Positions 1 to 11,100 of a DNA stretch of 64,000 bases are shown here, in pieces (position 1 is the first letter of the stretch; the number at the start of each line of letters is the position of its first letter). The notes beneath the pieces are model-generated. The model was given only the letters and a program-made list of their open reading frames with translations, was not told where the DNA came from and did no database searches. The DNA comes from Thraustochytrium aureum (taxonomy: Eukaryota). The translations under genes and the position numbers were made by a program. The DNA is taken from positions 20,246 through 84,245 of the forward strand of contig BLSG01000260.1 of the NCBI GenBank assembly GCA_012862495.1, in the 5' to 3' direction.

Positions 1-92
1 CTGGCTGGCTGGCTGCCTGCGCGGGGGCTTAGTCTGGTCGGGCTTGCTTGGTCTAAACAGGTCTGCTGGCTGGCTGGCTGGCTGGCTGGCTG
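1..92. repeat. Interrupted (CTGG/GGCT)n microsatellite upstream of the Rab gene
   Basis: ctggctggctggctg at 1-15 and a gctggctggctggctggctggctgg run at about 67-92. Confidence 0.7.
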
Positions 93-153
93 GGTCGCTG
101 GCCGGCCCGTGGGTTGGCGGGTGCTGGCTGGAGGTCGAGCGAGGCTGGCTGGC

Positions 154-786
154 ATGGAGGGCGACGGCGCGGGGCGCGTGTTCAAGGTGCTCGTGCTGGG
201 CGACTCGTGCTGCGGCAAGACGTCGATCATTAGGAGGTTTGCGCATGATTTGTTCAGCACGCACCACAAGACGACGATTGGGGTCGACTTTGCGCTCAAG
301 CAACTCAGGGTGGGCTCCACGCGCGTCGGGCTGCAGCTGTGGGACATCGCAGGCCAGGACAGGTTCGGGGCCATCCAACGAGTGTACTACAAGGACGCAC
401 TTGGCGCCGTGCTCGTCTACGATGCGGCGAGGCACGACACGCTCGAGTCGCTCGTGGACTGGAAGGCCGAGCTCGACGAGCGCGCGCGCCTGCCCAACGG
501 CAAGCGCCTGCCAGTGATCCTCCTGGGCAACAAGAGCGACTTGGAAGAGGCCGTGTACGACGAGCGCGAACTGGACGAGTTTTGCGAGCAGCACGGGTTT
601 ATGGCCTGGTTTCGGACCTCGGCCAAGCTCAACCACAACATCGACGAGGCCATGCGGGTGCTCATCGAGAATATTGCTAGTTACCAAGACGTCTTCGCGG
701 CCATTGACGCGCGCGCCGAGAACGAGATCGACCTCACAGAGTCGAGCTTGCGGACGCTCGAGGAGGAGACCGGCTGCCCGTGCTGA
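154..786 (+). CDS. RAB32: Rab GTPase, Rab32/38/29 subfamily
   Basis: G1 [15 protein letters not shown], subfamily-typical WDIAGQ, G4 GNKSD, G5 TSAK and C-terminal CxC (CPC). ATG at 154. Confidence 0.9.
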   Translation: MEGDGAGRVFKVLVLGDSCCGKTSIIRRFAHDLFSTHHKTTIGVDFALKQLRVGSTRVGLQLWDIAGQDRFGAIQRVYYKDALGAVLVYDAARHDTLESLVDWKAELDERARLPNGKRLPVILLGNKSDLEEAVYDERELDEFCEQHGFMAWFRTSAKLNHNIDEAMRVLIENIASYQDVFAAIDARAENEIDLTESSLRTLEEETGCPC

Positions 787-1138
787 GCGGCTGTGCGCAC
801 TGCGGCCGTTTCCTTGCCTCGGCGCACTTTTTATCACTCAAGGGTCTGTCTGTCGCTGCCAAGCCGGTCAGCGTCAGCGTTGGGGGAAGAGCAAGGCTAT
901 GTTGGGAGGGTGCCTTGGGCGGCGCATTACCCCCGGCCGCCCTTGCCCGCCCGTGCGGCCACGACCTCGGCCCAATCGCGCGCGTTACAAATCCCAGAAA
1001 ATATTTCCTTCGTTTCTGCTGTAAAGGTAATCCTTCTGTCGCCGCCCGTCCTCGCTTGTGAAGCGAGGACTGTCCAGCCCGCGCGCAACATTCTGGGCGA
1101 CTTGGCGTCCGCGTGCAACCCGCAAGCACAACGCCATC

Positions 1139-3936
1139 CTAGCCCGAAGCCCCGAGCTGCGAGATGAGCCGCAGCGCGGCCGCCTCCATATCTTCCGTCG
1201 CGCTGCCATCAACAATGTCTGCCATTGGCGCCTGCCGTTTGGATCCTCGCGCCGGGGGCGAAAGCGACCGCCTGCGAGCGCGCTTGTTGGCTTTCGGCGC
1301 CGAGTCGCCGCTGTCGCTCGCGCCGCTGCCGCTCGCCCCGCTGCCGCTCGCCCCGCTGCCGCTCGCGCCGCCGTCAGAGTCGTCCCCACTGCCGCCCTCA
1401 CTTTCAAAGCCACCACCACCACCGAGCACAGCGCCGACCCCGTCGGCGTCTCCTGTGACTGGCCCACGCGCCTTGAGCCGCTTCTCACGATGCATGGCTC
1501 GCACGCGCTCGCGCTCGCGCTCTCGGTCCTGCTTGTCCTCCTCTTCGAGCCGCTTGGCGACGCGGTCGAGGTACGCCTGACGCTCGCCGGCGCCCACAGG
1601 CACACTAGTGTCCTGGTTCTCCTCAGCCTCCTCCGCGAGCTCGTCCGCGAGCTTGGCGAACGGTGAAACCAACTTGCCCTCGGCATCAAACTCGAGGCGC
1701 TTGGCCTTGACACGCCCACGAGCAGTACCAGACGAGCTGATGCGCAGGTGCTTGAGCTGCTTTTTGCTCGGCTTGTCGGTCGCATCAACGAGCTCCTCGC
1801 CGCTCTCGTCCCCCTCCTCGCCATCGCCAATGGGCCGCTGCGAGCTTCGGAAAACAAGGCCGTCGCCATCTTCCTCGTCGCTGCTCTCCTCGTCGCTTGA
1901 GCCAGTGTCGCGCCCCGCGCGAGCGATCTTGGACTGCGCCACCGCGTCGGAAGCCTTGAGCCCCAGAAGGCGCTCCCACTTGCTCTTTTTCACTTCCTCT
2001 TCCTTGCCCCCGTGGCGCGAGCGGCGCGAGCGGACCCGCTCGACAAGGGCCAATACGTCTTCCTCGTCGTCCTCGGCGCGCGCGTTTTCCTCGGCGCCCG
2101 AGCCCTCGCTGACCCCATGGTCCTCCTCGAGCATGTCCTCCAGCTTTGCAAGCTGGTGCGGCACATTTTTCTTCTCGCGCTGGACGGCACGGCTCTGCTC
2201 GCCTCCAGCGCCAGCAAACTTGACCCGCGGCGCGTTCCCGAGCCCCAGCGAGTTCGCAAAGGCGCCCATAGGGAGCTGCTTGACGTCAAAGACGGCCTTG
2301 TCGGTCTGCAGGTGCACGGAGCGCAGGTACGACTTGAACGCGCGCTGGGCGTTCATCTTGAGCTCTGGGTCCTTGGCAATCTCGGCCTGGAGCTTGGGCT
2401 GGATGGACTGCGTGCGGCTCGGGTTCACCTTTTTCTCGCTGATCGGCACGCCAGCCTGCTCGAGCTGCGGCAGCATTCCCTTCGCCTCGTTCGGGAGTAA
2501 AAGCAAAAGGCTGCGCCCGCGGTTCTTGTATCGCGCAGTGCGGCCTACGCGGTGGATGTATGAGGCGACGTCTTCAGGGCAGTCAGCCTGGACGACCCAG
2601 TCGACGGCGGGGAAGTCGAGCCCGCGCGCGGCAATGTCGGTGGCGAACATGACCGCGGCGGGCTTCTTGATAAAGTCGTAATAGATAAACATGCGGCGCT
2701 GCTGCTTGATCTTGCCGTGGATGCACATGAGCGGCACGCCGGGCCGCAGCTTGCGAAACACCGCCTCCACGTACCTGACCTGCTTGCAGCTCGACAGGAA
2801 CACGATCGTCTTGCTCTTCAGGTGAGACCGAATGAACGAGTAGATGATGTCCAGTTTCTCCGGCAGCTGGCACACCGTGTAAACTTGCATCAGGTTGGCC
2901 GGCGTTGGCGCGAGGCCCTTGTCGTTCTGCGCCTCGCCCTTCTCGCGAGCCTCGGCAGTGGCGTCCGCCGGGCCCGCCGAGTGCAGTACCGACACGTACT
3001 CGGGGTTGCGCAACGACAAGCGCGCTAGCGCCTTCACGGACTTTGTCTGCGTCGCAGAAAAGAGCATCGTCTGCCGGTTCGCTGGCAGATAGTCGAGGAT
3101 CTGCGTCAGCTGGTCCTTGAACCCCATGTCCAACAGCCGGTCGGCCTCGTCGAGGACGAGGACCTCGACCGCATTCGTCTCGAGCGTGGAGGTCTGCTCC
3201 AGGTGCTGCAAGAGCCGCCCCGGTGTGCAGATCATCACCGCGATCTGGTGGATGTGAGCCTGCTCCTTCTTGAACGAAGACCCGCCCATGACNNNNNNNN
3301 NNNNNNNNNNNNNNNNNNNNNNNNNNNNNNNNNNNNNNNNNNNNNNNNNNNNNNNNNNNNNNNNNNNNNNNNNNNNNNNNNNNNNNNNNNNNNNNNNNNN
3401 NNNNNNNNNNNNNNNNNNNNNNNNNNNNNNNNNNNNNNNNNNNNNNNNNNNNNNNNNNNNNNNNNNNNNNNNNNNNNNNNNTGCCGATATCCGACAACGC
3501 GCACCACCTCGTAGATTTGCAGCGCGAGCTCGCGCGTCGGCGAGATGACCATGCCGCCGACGCCGAGGCCTGCAGCCCAACGCGATCGGTACAACCGCTC
3601 GAACAACGGCACGAGGAAGGCGAGCGTCTTGCCGGACCCGGTCCGGGCCGCGCCCAGCACGTCGCGGCCCGCGAGCGCGTGCGGGATTGCCAGCTGCTGG
3701 ATCCTCGTCAGCCGTGTAAACTTGCCGCGCTCCAGCCCGCTCAGCGTGTACTGTGACAGTGGCAAGTCATCGAACGTCTTGGGCACCTTGCCGTCGCGCC
3801 TCGTCAGCGCGCCGTGCGTCGGCGTTTCCTTCTCAATGCGTTCATCCAGGTCCCTGATCTCCTCCTCATCTCTATCCGTGCGCGTCTTCCGTGCGCGCTT
3901 TTCGCCCGCGCCGCCGCTCCGCTTCCTGTCGCCCAT
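1139..3936 (-). CDS. DBP4: DEAD-box RNA helicase DBP4/DDX10 (spans gap 3293-3481)
   Basis: Q motif, GAARTGSGKT, PTRELA, TPGRL, DEAD, SAT, ARGLD and HRVGRTARY, followed by the DBP4-type C-terminal region and an acidic tail. Confidence 0.92.
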
Positions 3937-4638
3937 CGTCGCCGTCCAAAGCCCAAAAACTACAATTTTGATTGACAACAGCCGAGTCCGGGGCAGAATC
4001 AAGCGCCAGCCACACGCAGGCGGCCAGCCCACAGTATCCGGCTTCGAACTGCTTGCCCGTGGCGGCCCAGCCGCTGCGTGCGCTCGCCTTCGCGCCAGCA
4101 GCCTCACCGGAGACCCTTTTCCGCGTCTGCCGCGTTCGCGCCCAAACTCTCCACCCGAAAGCGTTCCGCAGACGCGCGCCCCGCGCGTCACAGAGGCCCC
4201 ATTCTCGTCACTATCCTCGCTCGTTTGCGAGGGCCGCGCCGCGCCGTCTGCCGTGCCCGCGTGTCGCTCCGTCCCCTCGCGTCACCGGCTGCGTTTCCCC
4301 AGCCCGCGCCGGACGCACGCTACAGTGGGTACACCCATGACGTAGCCCGCCGCGCCAGAGCCGTGACAGCGCGTCCAGTCGTGACGAGTAGCCCGAGTCG
4401 CCCGGCGCTGCCGAGGACTCTCGTAACAGATGTAGGGCAAGTGACGTGGACGCGCGCCCGGCGCTGCAACGGCCCCAACGGCAGCAGCAGAGCGCGAGCC
4501 GAACGAAGGGCGCGGACGGAGCACAGCAGGCGCCGCCTTTGAGCGTTCGCGGAGCGCGAGATTGGCGAGGCGGGCGGACCTGGGCTGCGCTTCTTTGGTC
4601 TCTGCCACTCGCCCTCTTGGACCTTGCTTGCGGGCAGG

Positions 4639-5087
4639 ATGACGGCCTCCTGCGTCGTCAAGGAGCAGCGGATGGACAAGGCCATGCTGGACGAGCTGAT
4701 CTTTCATGCGAGCGAGGCGATGTGAGTCGGCGATGCGGGTTGCCGGGGATTCTGGGGGGGGTGCTGGGCTGGGGGGGCTGGCCGGGGGGCTGACTGGGGC
4801 GCTGGGCTCGTGCGCAGGGCCACGGAGATGAACTTTACGAAAATTGCCTCGTACATCAAGAGGCAGATGACCAACTCGCATACCGGGGTGTAAGTGTTTG
4901 CGGCACGGCTCGCACCCGATGAATAGACAGCGAACAAGACCTCGTCGCTAACGATATTGCTGCGGTCGCGAGCAGGTGGCATGTCATCGTGGGGCGAAAC
5001 TTTTGCGGCTCCTTCACTCACCAAGAGAACAACGCAGCATACCTGTACTTTGGTCAGACCGGAATCCTCTGCTACAGGACGGTATAG
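4639..5087 (+). CDS. Dynein light chain, LC8 (type 1) family; exons 4639-4721, 4818-4889, 4976-5087
   Basis: Two introns (GTGAGT..GCAG 4722-4817; GTAAGT..GCTAAC..GCAG 4890-4975) splice to MTASCVVKEQRMDKAMLDELIFHASEAMATEMNFTKIASYIKRQMTNSHTGVWHVIVGRNFCGSFTHQENNAAYLYFGQTGILCYRTV. This carries the LC8 signatures IAxxIK and WHVIVGRNF. Confidence 0.88.
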
Positions 5088-5177
5088 CCCAACTTTGCTA
5101 ATTGAGGACGGGCGCACCAATAAAAAACAGATCTGCATCGCATTAGCTGGGCAAGCGGCGCTCCCTTGAAGCATGCA

Positions 5178-8100
5178 TCAGTACTCGAAGTATCGCTCCA
5201 ACGCGCCGTGCGCGGTTGCTCCGCGTGAGTGGCCAGGCGGCGCGGGCGCAGTTTGGCTCGACGAGCGCGGGCGCGTGTGGTCGAGCCGCTTGAAGCCACT
5301 GCGTCGCGATCTGGCGGCCGGCACAACGAGGAGCTCGCCCGAAAAAACGTCCTCGCCTTCACTTGCAGAGTCTTGGCCAGGATCTATCTCCGCAAATTGA
5401 CCGAGTTGCGGAGCCCAGTCCCTTTCTTCATCTGATTCGCGCCCATGCGAAGCGAGCCCAGAGTCCCTCGCAACCAGCGCCAGCTCGCTTCCGGCCCGAC
5501 CCTGGATGGGTTTGGCCTTGTAGCGGTTTCGTCTTGGCGAATCCAGAGCAAGCGCAGACAATGATCGCGACCGCGAGACATAGTGCGAGAGCGCATCCAC
5601 CCAGGCGTGGCGCTCCGCAGCGCTGTCGCACAGAAACATGTGCGCGGTCTCCGTGCCGTCCGCAAAGCCCGCTAGCCCGAGCTCAAAGACGCGGTCCTGA
5701 AAGCGCTGCTTGTTACTCGACCGCACGTAGGCAAGGGCGCCTTCGAGAGCGATCGAGCCGAGCTCCCCGGTGTACACGTTTCCGTGGCTCGCCGGGGCAA
5801 CGCCCATGTAATAGCTCAGCCGGCGCTCCTCGCGGAAGAGCACAAAGTAGAGCGTGTCCCACTTGGCAACGCTGGCCCTCGTGTTTGGCACCGCCACGCG
5901 CATCTTTAGCCAGCCTTCCTTGTGCACGCCGGGGGCGCTCCTTCCCGGTCTCGAAGCTATCAAGTGAGCCGGCTTGGCGGGGAGCGCGGGAGCCTGGGGC
6001 GAACGTGGGATCACCTTGTGAGGCGAAAGGGCCCTGGCGCTGTGCTTGCCCGCTGGGGGAACCCCAGAGGTGATGAAAACCTTTCGCGTTGGCGCCCGCG
6101 ACCGGACCCGAACGCGCTGCCAGTACACGAGCCCCGGGACACAGCACAGAGGAATTACCAAGAGAAGAAAGAGCGGCCACCAAACAGAGAGCCATGACAC
6201 CTCATCCTCCGTGGGTGCGCTTGTTGACAATGTAGAAACCACCGGCGCCTGCGACGAAATTCCTCTTGACGGCGATGCGCTCGGCGAGGCCGTGGGCTCT
6301 AGTGTTGGATCACCCTTCAGCGTGGGAGGAAAACTGCCCACCACAAGCGGGGCGCACCGCGCGGTTGCCCCAGGCGAGCTGAATACCTCCCATCCCGCCG
6401 CGCAAGACCCGCAGTCCTCTCCAACGAATCCCTGGGCTGTGAAGCAAGCGCACTGCCCAGAAAACCCGAGACATCGCCCGCTTCCACTGCACAGCTTGCC
6501 GTTGGAGCCAACCGGGCAGGCCGCCGCCGAAACCAAGCAGTCTTGCGGACAACACACATCCTCGGATGCGCTGCCTGGAGGGTCCTGCCCCCCTCGTGCA
6601 AAACATGCCTCGCCAACTTCGCAAAGCCCGTTCCCGCAGACGCCGCGCCTGCCCAGAAGGCGCACTGCGTCGGAATCCGCCGCTGTGGCGCGTAGATCCT
6701 GCTGCCACGCAGAGAGCTGCGGGGGCGGGCTCACCATCACTTGCGCGGCCATCGGCACGGTGCTGGTGAATCCAGAGCCCTGCGCGCGCCGTCCTCGTGC
6801 TGCGCGGAGCTCGACACCTTCAAGCGAGATGCGGCCCGCTCCTACGCCAAGGATCGAGGCGACGCGCGACAACACCATGGCGCGCTCGAGCGACTCGCCC
6901 GTCCCACGCAGAGCGTCAACGTGCCCAGACGGCACATCCAGCTGCACCTCAACTCCTTGCGCGCAAGAGGCGTCGGTGCCGTCACATATGCCACAGCTGT
7001 CCAGCACCCCGCTCGAGCAGCACGCCCCAGAAGCGTCCAAGGTGCCGCTGTTGCAACACGCGCCAAGACCGTCCAGGACGGTGGATGCGCGCCCGCCGCA
7101 CTCCCCGCAAGCGTTCAGCGACCCAGTTTCGCAGCACACCCCAGNNNNNNNNNNNNNNNNNNNNNNNNNNNNNNNNNNNNNNNNNNNNNNNNNNNNNNNN
7201 NNNNNNNNNNNNNNNNNNNNNNNNNNNNNNNNNNNNNNNNNNNNNNNNNNNNNNNNNNNNNNNNNNNNNNNNNNNNNNNNNNNNNNNNNNNNNNNNNNNN
7301 NNNNNNNNNNNNNNNNNNNNNNNNNNNNNNNNNNNNNNNNNNNNAAATGCGAGGCTGCTTGGCGAAGACCTGTCGCGGGCCGAGAGTCCCGAGACACACA
7401 AACCTGGCTTAGCGCCACACTTCTCCACGCTGTTCGGACGCGGCACTCCCGTTGCTAGGCACGGTGCGTCGCTTGGGCTTGATACGCGCTCGCCAGAGGT
7501 GCGGCTCACGATAAAGCACTCGACTTGGCGCGTCTTGGAGCCACACTCCTCCCCGCTGCAGTCGCACGTCGTGCTCGAGCACGGCGACCAAGGCGAGGCC
7601 CCACCACGCCGCAAACTCGCAGCCAAGGCCCTGGTTGCACCTTCGCTGCGCCGCGGGGGGCTCACCGAGGTGCGCGCAGCGCAGGGCCTCGACGGCGCGG
7701 CCCGACAGCCGGTCGAAGCACTCGACTGTCCGGCTTGCGACAGCGCCCGGCCCGCAGACCGCAGAGCACGGCGACCAAGGCGAGACAGACCACATCATGT
7801 CGGCGCAGTGACCGTCAAGTTGACATGCACCCGCGTTGACAATGGTGGCACCGTCACCTCCACAGTTCTCGGGGCCGGAAGGCTGGCCTGTGAGCTCGTT
7901 TACGCAGTGTTGAGACTTGGTCTCCTCCGCGGCTCGCGCCAAGTCGCGGCACACGCACGCAGTGCTCTGGGCGAGTTGGGGAAACTGCTTGAGCACGAAC
8001 GACGACTCGCAAAGTGCGGCAGCGCACGGGCGCTCGCTTTCCCAGTGGCCCGCATCGAGATCACTAGGCGCCAGATCCTTCAACGCAGCTCGAGCGCGGG

Positions 8101-11100
8101 CGCACTCTTCCCCTGGAATCGGAGACCCCGTCTCGGCCTCCTGGCAATCGACCTGGCGGGACTGGGTCGCCGCGGTTTGCTTGCCATCAGAGCAGCGTGC
8201 GCCGCCGCCCGATGGTGCGCAAGGCGACCATGTCCCCACGACGAGCGCGGCGTGCGCTGCGGCGCAGGACACGATGCATGTCCGCGTCGTCGGCGGGACC
8301 GTCTGGTCCAGAGACTGAGCGCATGCTGCGAGGGGTTGCGCCGAGTCCGCGACAATGTCGGCACATTGGATGACGCGATGCTGGGCCCCGACAACGAGGT
8401 CATCGGCAGCAGCATCTGCTGCACACGTCGCATTGCACGCGCTCCACGGCCCGAAGACGAAGGCAAGCCTGTCGCGAACGGCAAACTCATCCGACTGCCC
8501 CGTGAATGGGAGGGGCACGGAGCGCTTCAGGAAATCGATGTAGTGAACCCTTGCGTAGACCTTGTACAGCCCTGGGCTCGGCAGGTCCGTTGGGGCGGCG
8601 AACGCGACCGCCGTTTTCCCGGCTGGAGGAACTAGCCCGTGGAACGGGCTCGCCTCCACTCTATGGACAGCCCCGGTCGCAGAGTTGACGAGCGTAAACC
8701 CCAGGCCACTTATTGCTGGGTCTAGGGTCTCTACAGGGCTCCACCGCAGGGTCTCGACCGAGCCTTTCCGCCAAACGGCGTTCGCTTGCGGGGACCCGAA
8801 CGTGATCTGGTCCGAACCAAACCTGTTTCGGACCTCCACGGTCACTCGCGATGTAGTACGGAGCTCGGAATTGTCCGTCACAGTCAGAGCGAACGTGTAT
8901 CGCCCAACCTGCAGCCCCGTCACTGCGGTGATCGCAGAGTAGGGATCCTCGATCTCTGGCGTTGGATCGTCGTCGCCAGGATCGGCGACCGCCGCGGAAA
9001 ACCCGGGCACGCCGGCTTCGGCCAAGTACTGGCCCACTTCTCGTGGAAGTTGATTGTCAGGCTTTCCAGAGTCAGATTGAAACTGTTCAAAAGTCCAGTG
9101 GTAGGATGTGAGCCTCTCGTCGTCGCGGGACCGGGAGCCGTCGAGCCAGACGCGCGAGAGCGCCCCAAAGTTGACGATCATGGTAGACGCTGACACGTCC
9201 GCGACTGGCGGCACGTTGGCGCGAACAGCAACTTGAAGGCTCTGGTGCGATACTCCGCCATGCTGGTCGTGCACTGATAGCTGAACCGTGAGCGTTTCAA
9301 ACGTGTCGAATCTGACCGATGTCCTTTGGCCGGTTCGCACGTCAGTCTCGCTCTGACCTGGACGTGCAACCGCCCATTGAAAGGACGCCAGCGGGAATCT
9401 TTCAGGGTCGAAACTTCCCGACGCATCAAGCGCGATGTAGAGCGGGCCCACGAACTCTAGCATCCCAAATCGAACAACGACAGCCGTGCCACCGTCGGAG
9501 AGTGGAAGCGACTGTGGCCCATCGCTCCCGGGGCGAGAGTACTCTGCTGTGATTATAATGCGCGGCTCGGCGTTTGCGACCCTGAAGCCTCCTTGAGGCA
9601 CAAACGTGGCATTTCGGCCGCACTTGTCCGTCAAAGAGGCGACAGCAGCGTACGCCTCACCAGGCAGAAACGCGCTCGGGGCCACTTGAAACAGGAGCAC
9701 GCCTGGAGCAGGCGCGTCATCCTGGACGGCTGCAATTGTCTTTGAAGGCGGAACGCTGGTCCAGGTCAGGCCAGACGAGACAACGTCAATCCAGTCCACG
9801 TTGGCGGTAATCGTGACGAGGATCCGGCGCTCGGTCTCCAAAAACTGCGCCGCGGCGGAGAGCTCGAGCGGACTCTCATTCGAATTACCACACCTCCGTA
9901 CACGGCAAGTCTCTTGATCAAAGTAGTGCTGCTGGTAGCACGTGGGGTCCACGAGCGGCATGCAACGATTCCGGGCCGTGTCATAGCCGTAGCCGACCCT
10001 ACACTGCGATGTGCACCCTGTCATGGGGCGACCGATGCCGCTCGGGCGCCCCAAGAAGGCGGGCGTTGGCTCCGCGGTCGGCACCTCCGAGTGCGGCGAG
10101 CAGGTGGCCAAGCCCCAACGATTGCGCGTGTTTTTGTTGTCGAAGTTGTACTTGCTGTGCCCACGCGGCGGGCACCAACGAAGCGGAGGGGTCGTATATG
10201 TTGAGGCCGATCCGCTCAGTGCCCCAGGGCTTGGCCTCCTTCAGTAGCGGCGGGTAATTAAACACTGTGGTCTTCTTGTCACGCGTGAAGCTGAACGGGA
10301 TGTGGCAGTCCGCACGGTTCTTGTAAAAGCCGGCCGAGTCTTGCTCGATAAAGCAGCCGTGCGCGGCGGTAGGGAACCCAGTCGGCGAGGATGAGGGGTG
10401 CGCCGTGGGGCGGGGCGTTGTAGGCTTTGGCGTCGGGGACCGTGTCGGCGTTCCGGTTGGCAACAGCCAAGGCATCGTGCACGAAGCGACGCCCCACAGC
10501 TTGCGGATTGACTTTGTCTCGAACCTGTACTCGGTCGTGCCCTTTCGCGGGCACCACCGCGTGTTCTCGTCCCCTGCGCTGAGCCCTTTGAGATCGCCAA
10601 GGCCCCAGGGCTCAGCCTCGCGGAGGGACGGAGGATACTCGAACGTGGTCCGGGTCGAGCCTCGGCGGTAGAGAAACGGCAATTGGCACTCGGTTTCGTC
10701 GCGCATCCAGCCCAGCCCCCCGGCTGGAATNNNNNNNNNNNNNNNNNNNNNNNNNNNNNNNNNNNNNNNNNNNNNNNNNNNNNNNNNNNNNNNNNNNNNN
10801 NNNNNNNNNNNNNNNNNNNNNNNNNNNNNNNNNNNNNNNNNNNNNNNNNNNNNNNNNNNNNNNNNNNNNNNNNNNNNNNNNNNNNNNNNNNNNNNNNNNN
10901 NNNNNNNNNNNNNNNCACCGTTGGCGCGTTGGTAGGCTGTGGAGACGGTGGCTCGGCGGGATTCGGCGTCGGCGCATAGGTCGGCAGCAAGTCGGCGCGC
11001 GAGCAGTGGGCAACGCCCCACGCTTTCTGACCGGTCTGGGAGGCAACCTCGTATATGGCATTCCCTGCCGTGGGGCACCAGCGTCGTTGTCGATCGTCGG

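Noticed and set aside
1310..1372. 15-bp repeat (SGASG x4) inside DBP4
   Set aside because: Ordinary low-complexity coding expansion in a disordered tail.
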